Source: Folioceros fuciformis (lineage: Eukaryota). From it: a DNA stretch of 64,000 bases. Below the pieces are notes generated by a model that had not been told where the DNA came from, made no database searches, and saw only the letters and a program-made list of their open reading frames with translations. The stretch is from the NCBI GenBank assembly GCA_049999805.1, contig JBNGIO010006272.1:1-64000 (forward strand), given 5' to 3'. The position numbers and the translations under genes are program-made. Below are positions 49,880 to 61,892 of the stretch, piece after piece (position 1 is the first letter of the stretch; every line of letters begins with the position of its first letter).

Positions 49880-51045
49880 TCATGTCCGTTTGTAGCTTAG
49901 CTTGGCAGACTGCAAGGCAAAAGCAAACCATTTTGAACAAGATTTTGGAGTGGCTGCTATTGCTCAAAGAGAAGGGCGAGCCGTTCTCTGGAATTTTAGA
50001 TAACTTCAAAGCGGACAGTTCGTACCTTTATCAGCATGTCGGTGGGAAGCCATGCAGGTGAAGTTGGAATACCGGCCCACGCAATCTGGATCGTCAACGA
50101 CACGAGGTCAGATATCCTCAAGCGTCCAGCTTCGCCCAATCTAGGGATCCTACCAAGTGGTGTGGAATGCTACAGACTCTTACCAGAGCGTATTCGCCTG
50201 TCTCAAAAATCCTAATGTCCAGGACCTGTAGGCCAAAGGTGAAAAGGTGATAAAATACTCCTACCAACACATTGATGAGAACCACATGGAAGCAAACGAA
50301 CGCGGCATGACAGTGCCACGCACAAGAGGCTCTTGTCCAACAACTATAAGGCACAGCGAGCATCCATTTCAACAGAGAATGACCTATACTAACCTCCCCA
50401 CGATCTTCGTAGATGTAGTCCAGGCCCTTGAAATAAGGTGGATGACCTACAGAGAGATACTGCAGCGTCCACGTAGGTCAGTCACCCCTACAGCGTGACA
50501 GGCAACCCCTAACCTAGCACAACCTTCAAACAAGCGACAGCGAGATGGCAGGCATTTCGAGCAAGAGCCTTAATTACATTAACACTGTTGAGGTACTTCT
50601 CTTTATCAACCCTCACGATTTGACCCTTGGTCACTGCAGACAAGTGACGGAAACCAGCATTCAGTGCTAAGCATTGGAATCAGTAGACGGAATGCCTCAA
50701 ACTCCTACCCGGAAACAATGCACTCACTGCTGAAGGTAGGCTTAGCTGAAGGCTTGGGAGGCGGCTTCGCAGCAGGAGCCGGCTCCTCTGCTGCTCGCAC
50801 AACCCAAGAGGTGCTCCTCTGCAATCTCTGCAAAAAGAAAACAGTCCGTAACAAAGTGAATTGATTATCAACCATCCACAATCCTAGGACACAATGAAAT
50901 CGCGCATATCCTACATTCAGCTGACCTGGTGTGAGGTCCAGGAGAAGGTGCAGCCAGAGCTTGCAGCCCACATCGGAGCTGCTGCCGCGTTCTGCAGGCT
51001 GTGGCCGGCAAGCCGCGTGCTCTGTTGCCACACCAACGACGCCAT
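49880..51045 (-). CDS. NdhO: Chloroplast NDH complex subunit O (7 small exons)
   Basis: Spliced by hand: transit peptide MASLVWQQ...|RLQRSTSWVVRAAEEP..FS M|TKGQIVRVDKEKYLNSVN|YLSVGHPPYFKGLDYIYEDRGE|VLDIRIFETGEYAL|IAWAGIPTSPAWLPTDMLIK|SAKLSYKRT*. All junctions are GT-AG and in phase. Confidence 0.95.
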
Positions 51046-51698
51046 AGCTCCTGAAATCTGGACCTCACGCCTTCACGAGACAGCCACTGACTGGATCACG
51101 TTTCTCGTTATTTCACCAGACTTTTACCTAGACATAACAATAACTTTACCGCCATCCACCTCATCCGCATTTTCAGCCAAATGTCATGCACACAACTCAA
51201 TGTAATATGGACCATAACGGTAAACGAACTGCTCGAAAATCATCGGATGTTCGAGAATACAGGAGGCAATTCGATGCTTTGAGAAAGTCCTGGCGGGAGA
51301 TTCCCACTCTGTACATCTCACGACATTTCTGAGTACGCTAGGACATGGAACACAGTTATGGAGGCATGCAGCCAAGAACATCACAAGTGGCCACTCGAAC
51401 GAGCGCAGTTTTAGGATACTCCCAAACGCTCTGGCTTTGGAGGAGATTGCTTACTTTACCAGCCATTCTTGCTGGATCATGAACATCCTGCTCCACAGAG
51501 CCTAAGTTTGGAATACACACAGAGTCCGGAAACTTTCTCCTTGTCAATCCCCGTTTCTTCTCACCTAACTGGCGAGGGGAGGAGCTTTGGCCCGGAGAAG
51601 GACGGCCATGCAGGAAGCGAGAGATACCCCTCAATGGATGGTCGCCCGTCTTCGCAGAGACTGTACGATTGACAGGCTTCGCAGGTCGTTCCTTTCCT

Positions 51699-52676
51699 CT
51701 ACACATCAGAGTTCGGTCGAACGTCGTCGGGCTCACAGGGAAAACAGAACCTTGCCTTAAGCTTCCCGCTGAACCTGCCGATAAACAGTGCTGTCACTTC
51801 CAGTTTGTACTGATGTTTGCACCAGCAAGGGGTTCCCGTTGCACAGTGCGAAGCTTGTATAGGGTTTAGATCAGGATTATTACCTCCGACACGCTGGAAC
51901 TGATCTTCATTTCCACGTCTCGCTGTTGACAGGCACCTCGGTGACGGTCTCAGAGGCTCCTCTTCAAGATCGTCGTCAGAGGCTGCTAACGCATTGCTAC
52001 ACCACAACCGGGGTTTACCTGCCTTGTCTCTGTCACACGTAACCCTGTCGTGAAACATGCAAGGCTCGGGCAACATTGATCCATCCTTAGGTTCGCAGCG
52101 AGATGTAGAAACCACCTTTTCGGATCCCTCGACATCGCTTACCCGTCCGCACAACAGAAACACAGATCTACGAGTGAGTTTTACCCGATGCGCCTTCCTT
52201 GGCCAACGTGGCCTTTGGTAGACCTCTTCCCCATCGCGGGGCCTATCCTTGCCCGGGACTTCCTCCCAGGCGAATGCAATATCTGGCGGATTGTCGGATC
52301 TGTAGTTTGGTGTGATACTCCCTCCCGAAATCACTCTTCCATTTGAAGCTGGAACATGGTCTCTCATGCCGTTGACCTCGATGACAGTCTCCTCGCGCTG
52401 CCTCTCCTCGTTCACAGCTTCCTGGCGCAGCCTCTCCTCGTTCACAACCTCCTGAGGCTGCCTTTCCTCGTTTACAGCCTCCTCCTCGCGCTGCCTTTCC
52501 TTCTCCACAGCCTTCGCGCGCTGACTCTCCGATGTGGATCGGAGCTTGGTGAGGTGGCCCGGATGTGCGCCGAATACACGCGGATCATACATTTTGGCAG
52601 TGCTTCCTTTCGTTCCCTCCTCGCGGTCTCTGCACACACGCAACCGATCAGTAAAAAATTCTCCAAGACAGATCAC
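51699..52676 (-). CDS. Protein with DUF688-like motif and EExVNEERQ repeats; true start and exon structure uncertain
   Basis: 325-codon ORF containing PPDIAFAWEEVPGKDRP and 30-33-bp repeats encoding EEAVNEERQ. Confidence 0.5.
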   Translation of the reverse strand: MICLGEFFTDRLRVCRDREEGTKGSTAKMYDPRVFGAHPGHLTKLRSTSESQRAKAVEKERQREEEAVNEERQPQEVVNEERLRQEAVNEERQREETVIEVNGMRDHVPASNGRVISGGSITPNYRSDNPPDIAFAWEEVPGKDRPRDGEEVYQRPRWPRKAHRVKLTRRSVFLLCGRVSDVEGSEKVVSTSRCEPKDGSMLPEPCMFHDRVTCDRDKAGKPRLWCSNALAASDDDLEEEPLRPSPRCLSTARRGNEDQFQRVGGNNPDLNPIQASHCATGTPCWCKHQYKLEVTALFIGRFSGKLKARFCFPCEPDDVRPNSDV

Positions 52677-53739
52677 TCAAATCTTACAATTTCCACTCAC
52701 CAAGTACACAGACCGCAAGTAAGCAACAGTGGCAAAGCAGTGAGATACAATACCAATTTCAGGCACCCATGCCCGCAGTCTGCATGCTTCCTACACCTGT
52801 GTCAAGCTGTGAGGCCACCAATCGCTAGCTTTCCCGTTTGCGCAGCTAGTGCAACAGCTGCCTACTCCACTGTCCACAGACAGTCGCAGTGTGAGCTGCG
52901 ATCCCGCGCAGCGCTGGAGGTCGACGGGGCCTCCAGCGCGGCGAGTTGTGAGGAGGAGGCGGAATTGATTCCCGGAGACAGGGGAAGGGGAAGTGGACGG
53001 GGGAAACTGCTGCCGCACAACTCCAGGCTGTGGCGTCTGGCAAGCCAAGCACGGGTTCCTGCCGAGTTGCCCGTGGACCATGTCTCGAGGAGACACTGGT
53101 TTTGGGAAGTGTGGTAGCGACTGCAATTGGGTTATAATATTTTAGAATGTCGCGACTAGAACAGTCAGTGTGGATAACTTTACGTTGGCAGACAGCACAG
53201 TATCCTAGCGTCATGAATGGCAAGTCGCCTTTCCCTCTTTGTCACACGATCATTTGGACACACCCTCCACGATCCCCATATGACACATTATTGACTACGA
53301 GATCCTCTCCATTGGAGTCCTCTCGATTCTCACATAATCTGGAGAATTTCTGCAGAACTTTGATACATGGCGGTTTCTGGTGAAGCCAGTTCCTCGCTAA
53401 CTCAACGAAATTGAAGAGTGGCACACAAGTTCCTCACTTAATCAACCCCAATTGAAGATCAAAATCCGAGAGTCAAGTACTTTGAAGTGAAGAACATGAA
53501 CTTCATGGTTTTTTAATACCCCATAACAGCTAAGGGAGAGTGACATACATGGACTGTTCACTTTTAATCTTTTTTAAAACAGTGCAAAAAAAAAAAACCC
53601 TGCTGGTAAGTTAGAAGAAGAAGAAGTCTGTTTTAGTTACAAAGTTACAAGTTAGAAAGGCAGTTATTGACATACGATTCAGATTTGATGTACAACGACC
53701 GAATCAGTCTAAGGCAGAATGAATACACATGAACGCACC

Positions 53740-56667
53740 CTAAATCCTAATCGGCTGTATCCTTGCGCTTAACCTTTTCAGTAGCTCGTACAGGATTGCA
53801 TCTTGGCGATGGCGGTGATCGCCGACTGCAAACTTGTGTACTTGAGAGTCATGCTCGATCCAGCTCTGGCCAGGCTCCTTCCATGCTCCAGCTGCAAGCC
53901 TCAAGCCTTGTATGTGCTCTCCATGCTCCAGCAGGCCAGCATTTGCCAACATGTTGGACACGAGCACGTATGCTGAAGGTTGCTTTGGCTCTAAGGCAAC
54001 AGCTTCATCAAAAGCACGCTGTCCGAGTGAGATGTTGCCATGTTTGTGACAGGCACCCAGCACAGACAGCCACACTGACAGGTCAGGCTGCATAGGCATT
54101 TGCAGCAGCAGCTCGTCCACCTTGTTCAAGAGGCCTGCGCGGCTGACGAGATCAATAACACATCCATAGTGCGCCAGATCTGGAACTATGCCGTGGTCTC
54201 TTGCCATGGAGTGGAAGTAACGTAATCCCTTCTCAACCTTGCCAGCATGACTACAGGCCGTCAGGAGGGCCAGGAATGTGATCCTGTCCGGGTTCACTCC
54301 AGCCAGAAGCATGTTGTTGTAGCACTGTATGCTCCTCTCATAGCATCCTACCCGAGCATACCCAGAAATTAGGGCAGTCCAGGACACCACATTGGGCTGT
54401 GTCAGCGAGTGGAATACCCTTTCTGCGTCCACCATGCTCCCGCATTTGCCGTAGGTGTGGATCAGACTAGTGGCCACACAAGGGCTGCACTCAAGTTCAG
54501 TGCCTAGTATACTTTGGTGGATGCGCACGCAGATGTCCAATGCGCCTGTCGTGCCGCATGCTTCCAGGACGGAAACAATGGTAGCTTCATTTGGCTTCAT
54601 GCCAACTGCTTCCATCTTAGCATAGAGGTGCAAGGCCTTCTCCCCTTGCTCTCGCTGAGCGTATGCTGCAATCATGGCAGTGCATGACACCACATCATGC
54701 TGGGGCAACGCATGGAACACGGTTTCGGCATCTTTGATACTCCCACACTTTGCGTACAAGCTAATCAAGGAAGTACCGACGAAGACATCGGACGAAAATG
54801 CACTCCCGGCAGCATTTATTTGCTTCCCTTGCCCCAAGGAATTCACTTTCACAAGTTGGCCCTCCACAAATACTTCTTCCTCCTTGTCTGCAAGGCTACC
54901 ACATGCTTGGACAAGGCTGACAAAAGTCCGTGCATTTGGCCTTACACTTGCTGCCTTCATCTGCTGATACATATGCAATGCCTCTTCCCCCAGCCCCTCC
55001 TGTGCATATGCGGCAATCATTGCAGTCCACGAGACAACATCATGCTCACGCAATCGGTCGAAAACCTGTCTGGCATCCACCGTGCTTCCACACTTCGCAT
55101 ACATACTAACCAGACTGGTTCCAACAAACATGTCAGATCCAAGACCACTCTTCACAGCTACATGATGCACTTCTTTTCCCTTCTGCAGTGACTGCAGTTT
55201 GACCCACAGGTTGTCTACAGGTGCACTTTGCTCCTGCTCAGCGAGACTGCCGCATGCCTGGAGAGCACTGACAAATGAGTATGCATTCGGCTTGATTCCA
55301 TCCTCTTGCATATGCCAAAAAAGCTGGAGAGCCTTTTCTCCTTGCTCCTTCTGACAATATGCTGCTATCATAGCTGTCCAGGAAACAACGTCACGCCTGG
55401 ACAAGCTATGGAAAACCTGCACCGCATCCTTCATACTCCCACACTTTGCGTAGAACTTCACCACCGTATTGACCATATAGACATCCGTTCCAAACCCCAT
55501 CCCTACAGCCCCAGCATGTATCTCCTTTCCCTTAGCCAAAGACTCTATCTTGACACCTTGCCCGTCCATGACTGCTTCTTCCTCCTGTTCTGCCAGGCTG
55601 CTGCATGCTTGGAGAACGCTGATAAATGTCAATTCATCTGGCACCACCTCTTCTTCCTGCATTTGAGAGTATAGCTGCAAGACCTTTCTTCCTTGACCTA
55701 ACTCAGAAAGTGGACCGAGCAATGCATTCCACGATACCACATCTGGCTGGGACAGTTTGCGAAACATAAACTCTGCATCCGCTATGCTCCCACATTTCGC
55801 GTACATACCCACCAGTGAGTTGCCAACAAACACATCAGACTCAAATCCTCGAGCAGCAGCTGCGGTGTGCACTTGCTTTCCTCTCTGCAATGCCTCCACT
55901 TTCACATTCTGCGTGCCAACAACCAAAACTCCTTCTTTCTCTGAAAGAACGCCACATGCTTGGAGAACGCTGACAAAGGTTCTTGCATTTGATTTAACAC
56001 CTTCCTCCTCCATCTGTGCATGTAGCCGCAACGCTTGCTTCCCATGGCCCTGTTGAGCGTATGCTGCAACCAACGCATTCCACGAAACAACATCACGCTG
56101 GGACAATCCATCAAAAACCTGCTGGGCATCTGGAATGCTCTTGCACTTGGCATACATACTTACCAGAGTGTTGCCCACATACACGTCAGCCTCAAACCCA
56201 TAGCTCACAACGGCAGCATGCATCCTTTTCCCCTCTTCCAGATCCTCCAGCCTGCTGCAAGCCTTAAGCAAGCTGACAAACGTGTACTTGTTGGGCTGCA
56301 CGCCCTCCTCGCGCATGCGCTGGTAGCACAACAGCGCTTTCCGACATCTTCCTGCATTGCTATACCCTGAGATGATGGCTGTCCACGAGAAGACAGTCCG
56401 GCTTGGCAACCTTCGAAACAAATGCAGGCCATCGGCAAAGCTTCCACACTTCACCAACGCGGTGACAACAAGGTCGCCCAACACGGTGTCCAACTCCAAA
56501 CCATGTTTCACCAAGTGATCATGTACCTGTTTGGCGTCCTTCAAGGCTCCGCTCTGCATGCATGACTGCAACAGTTGCTTGTACACTGGCACCGACGGCA
56601 CACCCCCTTGCTTGTCCAAGGCAACAAGGGCCTTTTCAAACCCCAGCGTGATGTTGATGGGCCCCAT
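53740..56667 (-). CDS. PLS-class PPR protein, E+ type (no DYW), intronless; N-terminus may extend upstream
   Basis: Repeated PLS motifs and E domain; WKEPGQSWIEH...FAVGDH followed by stop. Confidence 0.95.
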   Translation of the reverse strand: MGPINITLGFEKALVALDKQGGVPSVPVYKQLLQSCMQSGALKDAKQVHDHLVKHGLELDTVLGDLVVTALVKCGSFADGLHLFRRLPSRTVFSWTAIISGYSNAGRCRKALLCYQRMREEGVQPNKYTFVSLLKACSRLEDLEEGKRMHAAVVSYGFEADVYVGNTLVSMYAKCKSIPDAQQVFDGLSQRDVVSWNALVAAYAQQGHGKQALRLHAQMEEEGVKSNARTFVSVLQACGVLSEKEGVLVVGTQNVKVEALQRGKQVHTAAAARGFESDVFVGNSLVGMYAKCGSIADAEFMFRKLSQPDVVSWNALLGPLSELGQGRKVLQLYSQMQEEEVVPDELTFISVLQACSSLAEQEEEAVMDGQGVKIESLAKGKEIHAGAVGMGFGTDVYMVNTVVKFYAKCGSMKDAVQVFHSLSRRDVVSWTAMIAAYCQKEQGEKALQLFWHMQEDGIKPNAYSFVSALQACGSLAEQEQSAPVDNLWVKLQSLQKGKEVHHVAVKSGLGSDMFVGTSLVSMYAKCGSTVDARQVFDRLREHDVVSWTAMIAAYAQEGLGEEALHMYQQMKAASVRPNARTFVSLVQACGSLADKEEEVFVEGQLVKVNSLGQGKQINAAGSAFSSDVFVGTSLISLYAKCGSIKDAETVFHALPQHDVVSCTAMIAAYAQREQGEKALHLYAKMEAVGMKPNEATIVSVLEACGTTGALDICVRIHQSILGTELECSPCVATSLIHTYGKCGSMVDAERVFHSLTQPNVVSWTALISGYARVGCYERSIQCYNNMLLAGVNPDRITFLALLTACSHAGKVEKGLRYFHSMARDHGIVPDLAHYGCVIDLVSRAGLLNKVDELLLQMPMQPDLSVWLSVLGACHKHGNISLGQRAFDEAVALEPKQPSAYVLVSNMLANAGLLEHGEHIQGLRLAAGAWKEPGQSWIEHDSQVHKFAVGDHRHRQDAILYELLKRLSARIQPIRI

Positions 56668-57594
56668 TGGGCAGGCATCAGTGCTTCCTCATCTTGTTCG
56701 CATGCCACCATCACTGCTGCCCTTAAGGCTCTACAGCAGCAGAAATTCGTTACAGCCCAGAACTTCAAGACGAGGGAGACGTACGAGACGCAGCGGGGTG
56801 CGAACTCTTAGGAGGTAGGCGGATCATGTTGCACAGGCGAGCTTCACATTGAGCACTCAGGATGGAGGTGCGTTTTCCCTGACCCGTCGGGACAGCAGAC
56901 GCGGATACGGATATTGCTGATGTTGAGTGATCAAGGCCATGCTCATCCACAGGAACTACATGAAGGGTTACTTCTCCCACAAAACCGAAGTGTTGATGTT
57001 CAGCCAGGCGTATCCTTTTCGGATTATGACCTCCAGACAAGAGCGATGGCCACATGCCTAACGCTGCGTGTCTCAAGTTTGGATGACCAGGCTTCCCCAA
57101 AACCTTGCAGCTAGGAATGGTGCGATGCTGCTCCAACCAAGGGACGTTGTGGTATCTGAAGTCCACCACAGAGGACTACCTCCTCTCTACAACTCGGTTG
57201 AAGAGAGCTCCTCCTCGAGAGCTTTGATGGGTTTATTCATTGGGGTGACCCAAGAGTCGTTCGGAGGCTTCTACGCTTTCGTCTCTCACACTTTTCACTC
57301 GTGTTGTCATCATCTCCTTAGTATGAAGCGTCACATGACACTTGCCTGAGAATCTCGCAATGCACTAGTCCTAGCATGCTAGAACTACATGAAGAAGGAC
57401 CACGGGCCTGGCAGAAAGGCTTTACTCATTGCCTTTGTACATTCAGCAGAGCTTCCTTTGTGACGTGGGGTGCTCTGATACCTGCGATGGAAGCACAAAT
57501 CAAGGTCTTGCCCCAAGGCACGTGCTGCGCGTGGACAACCGGCCCGCGGGATTTTGGCTGATCGAGTTACCGCTGGTTGCCCCTTGATGGCCTG

Positions 57595-57700
57595 TGGAAG
57601 AAGGGCACTCACGGGTTGTCAAAAGAGGACTGTTGGATGGATGACATACGAGGTAGTATCCATAAGCACCAGCCTGGTGGACATGTATGCCAAATCTGTA
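57595..57700 (+). pseudogene. Short PPR motif relic
   Basis: ...ATAAGCACCAGCCTGGTGGACATGTATGCCAAA encodes ISTSLVDMYAK, but there is no surrounding intact frame. Confidence 0.55.
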
Positions 57701-59619
57701 AACTTATAAATTTGTTTTTGGTATAATTATATTACCTTGAAAAGCCATGTATCCTACTCTTTATGCACTCCAAACATATAGAATATGGTGACTCGCCTCT
57801 TCCTCCATCTCTTCCTTTGCCTTCGAAATTAGATTATGGAGGCACTCAAGATGTTGTAGCGACCTTAAACACAAACAGTTGATCAAAGGATTTGAATCCA
57901 AGGATTTCATTATCTTTTTATTCCCCTCGTTTAAGAGCTTTATATCCATCTACTTGTATGCAAAAGTGCAAGTTGGAAACCAATTGACATTTGGAAGTCC
58001 ACGCTAAGAACCAATGCTGGTACAAAAGTTTGCGCTATAAACAAAGCAGTGTGCGCATAAGGTTTTGCTTGGAGCATGCCTGTCCTCATAAGTATGCACA
58101 ATGACCCCAGCTGCTATGTACATGTACGTGGCATCACCCAATTCATGTGCACTTGTGCGCAACATAAACTAACTAACACACATTTTAAGCACATAATGGT
58201 CAAAAACATCCTATAAAATAGAAAAAACAAACCCAAACAAATCTCATTTTCTAGGCAATGGCGCACACTTGTGTTTGCCATGGACTAAAGGTTTTATAAT
58301 TCTTTTCCCCTATTTTTATTATTTAGGGTTTTTTTTTCTATACAAAGTCTAGTTTAATCGTGTTTAACCCCTTTTTGCACAGTTATGTACTGAGAATTTG
58401 AGTTCATATTAACTAGTCCTCATCTTTCTTTTGATGATCTAAACCTTGAGCAAGTAGTGAAGACTTTAAGCATATTTTACATCTTTGGATATTCAAACCT
58501 CTTGGGCTTAACTATAAGTATCCATGATACCCATGTCCTTCTAGCGTGGCACACAAATCTAAAGCATCAAGTGATTATTGAAGAGCAAGAGTGGTATTAG
58601 GACAAATAAGTGATAGACCTCTTTACACATGAGGATTTCAAGCATGTTTTACAAGAATTCAATATATTTGTATTCCAACCAAACTTGAGAACAACCTTGT
58701 TACTTAAAACCCTTTGAAGTCAATAACTTTAAAAATAAAATAAAAAATATTTATGTTTATGTAAGAAAAATCTTAGCTCTTCAAAATGGTCATGTTCTAT
58801 GTGGATTCTTTAGTGTAGAAAAAGCTCTAAGTCCAAAAAGAGGTTTCAACACAAACTCCATTTACAAGGGACATTGTTGATGGCATCCGCAACTTTTATG
58901 CACCACACATTATATCTTATGAATAGTGTGGATATCAACCTTTTAAAATAACTATTTCAAACAATTGTTATCCCTTCTACTCTATTCGTTGTCGAAATTT
59001 AGGGACCCAGCCTCTTATATTCTTTCTAGGGTAAGGTAGAAAGAGTTCAGTCCCCCTTTCTCCACTTCCATATTTTCTTAAGCATTCCAAGCCCTTACCC
59101 ATCTTTCTACTTTCTCCCATCTTCTTTCCTTTATCACCTCCACCTTCCTTATTTGGCGAACCTAGTCCTACCCCTTGCCATCTTCTTGCTTATAGGTCTT
59201 TTCATTCCCTTTAGCTCAATACTAATTCCCAAGCTTCTTTTTCTTGGCTCTCCCAATTTGCTGCTTGGCTTCTCGAATTTAGCTTTAGCCTTCATAACCT
59301 TCTTGTATAGCCTACTTCTTTTTCTCTACTCCACCTACCCATCTTCCTCCTAATTATCTTGTTCTCTTGATATTGAATTTGAATTTATTTTTTCATGGTT
59401 GTAAGAGGGGTTAGATGGTACAATGAAACACATGTTGATACAATAACCTCATATGGCCACTGAGGGGTAGTGTGCGTATTCTATGGAAAGTAAGGAAGGG
59501 GAATATGAGGTGGATGAACAACTTTCTCAGCGCAGGGAGTGTAGAATAATTCCTCCTTATATGCATACAACACATTAGCTCTCATGGTGGGACTAGCATA
59601 GTCGATTAGAATCGGCTCC

Positions 59620-59960
59620 GAGTACTTCAATCCACACCCTTCCTACCATGGCTTTGATATTGTACCAACCGTGTAATGCCCAACCTCTTCCAATATCTCA
59701 TTTGCCTCAACGATTGGGACTTCAGAGCTAGCATCTCAACCACCCTAATCCCTTCCAACACTGTGAGCTTTTTTCCATATGAGGAGGTAATGGCCAAGGC
59801 CATGCGCTGAACAACTTTGTGTAACGCCTTCCTTGCCTTAGCCACTGCAATTTGATCAGTGGTCTATGGACTTAAGGTTAATTGGAGCAAGACTCGTATG
59901 ATGTGCCTTCACATGGAAGGGGAGCCGCCTCAATGCATTAGTCACATTAGGAGGGTTTCT
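59620..59960 (+). mobile_element. Degenerate LINE (non-LTR) reverse-transcriptase fragment
   Basis: VYGLKVNWSKT resembles the SGLKVNxxKT motif at the end of L1-type RT domains; stops occur nearby. Confidence 0.45.
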
Positions 59961-61892
59961 CTAGGCTCCACTCACAATCAAGAAGGATCCTTCGAGAAAC
60001 GAGTTCGCTTCCCTACGGTCGCCTTCATGTTTATGTGGTTGCCCAATCTCAAGCCTGGATCACTGACAGTTCTCCAAGTTGGAGTACAATAGGCCAATCC
60101 TACAACAAGACACACGGATCTTGATAGAGAGGAATCCCAAAATTGTGAGTTAGGCTTATGACCTGGTACTGATAAGTTATTGTTTAACACTGAGGCAGGC
60201 ACATGGTTGTCCAACATTCCTTATTCAAGGAGCACTGTACTCTCCTTCAAGTTGTCTTCGACTTCGCTACGGGGAGCCTCAATTCGTGCCACCTCTCTTG
60301 AATCCGGAGGAATCAACGTTTCCCCACTACTTGAACCACTCTCGTCCCAAGTCGTCTTGTGCTCTTGGTTGGTGTCATTTTCCGCTGTGATAGGAGCTAA
60401 TGTACACTCTTCGACTATGGAGGTTTGTAGCCACCCAAGTTGACTGAGGTAAAAGACTAGTTAAAACCAACCAGCCCTCCTCCAACTTGCTTGGCATTTC
60501 TCTTAAAGCCTGATGAACAAATGCGGGATGAATCCTCAGCCTAATGGTCCACGTTTGGGTCCACAATTGCTAGTTTCATGATAACTGAATTCAGATTGGT
60601 GAGGATCTTCTCTAACGAAAGTGCCTCAGCCGCCAATGAGGTCCCTTCATGATGTTCCTCGAATCCACTAATAATTTGGTCTCCCACTACTCTTTGGTTC
60701 ATCCGTCGACTCCAGCCAATGCACCCAACCTGCACCGAAGTCCAAGCAAATGCAAGAACCTTCCCCCCTACACAAGATGTCATGATACCAAAGGTGAGCT
60801 TAAGGTTGAGTAAGCAGCGTGAAACAATTATCTTTTAAATAAGGATTAGTTTAGGATAATGCCATTTAAATGTTGGCAATTAGAAAACGCTAAACGGGAA
60901 CTGGGTAAACACCAAAAACTAGAGAACGTGGATTAGGGCATGCTTGCAACTGCCCCACTGAAACCCGTGGGCCCACATCGAGAGTGTGAGCCCAACCAAA
61001 TGAACATGACTCAAAGAGGCAAGCCCGCACAGAATCACTGACGTCAGCCATGGCCGCCACGCTAAACCCTGGAGATGGAGATGGAGGCCGCTAGTCGTCG
61101 AATCGCACCAAGGGAGAGTGCCTACCGCTATCTTAGAAACTCAATTGCGTTTGTTGTTCCAGCCATATTTGGGCTCAAGAGTTGTAAGGGTTGATGTTCT
61201 TCGTATCTCGCTGCAACACCTGGTGTGATTTACCCGACTCCAAGCTGCCTGGCATAGGCAGCTCGTCAATCAAGTTCTTCCAACAAAAACATCTAGAAAC
61301 CTGCGTGTGAGCAGATTCCATGTCACTTCGACGACTAGCTGCGAGATCTGAGTGCGACTGGGCAGGAGGTGGTGACGCACCTACAGCAAGGCACCATCAT
61401 CCCCGTCTCGCAAGCCGCCACCTGCAACGCTGACTTAACAAGTTTAGGGTTACCAACCTTCCAGGGTTCATAACGCCTGCATTACAGATTGGTTGCTATT
61501 GATTCTTATACCATTCGACTTGCCTTGTCAAGGTAAGCAGTTTGGTATACTTTGTGTGCGATTTGGAGCCCTATCTAGGGACTAATTGCATTTGAAAGTT
61601 TCGAACAACAGGGTTTTGCTCTTGTTGCATTTGCTTTGATTTTCGATTTGGCATCGCGAGTGAGCGAGGCCGCGTGCTGCAATCTTCACATGTGAGCTGG
61701 AGTTTTGCTATGCTGTGTTCTTAAATCCTAGGGCAGACATAGGGAATTGTGGGTGTTGCAGCATGATCAGATCTAGATCAGTTCTGCTTTCTATTTTGTG
61801 CTGGGAAGGCATCTAGGGTTCTGTAACAGGTGTGCTTGCATGCCACCTCTTGCTGAGAATTGGTCGTTTGTGTGTGAGTTGTTGCATGGGTT

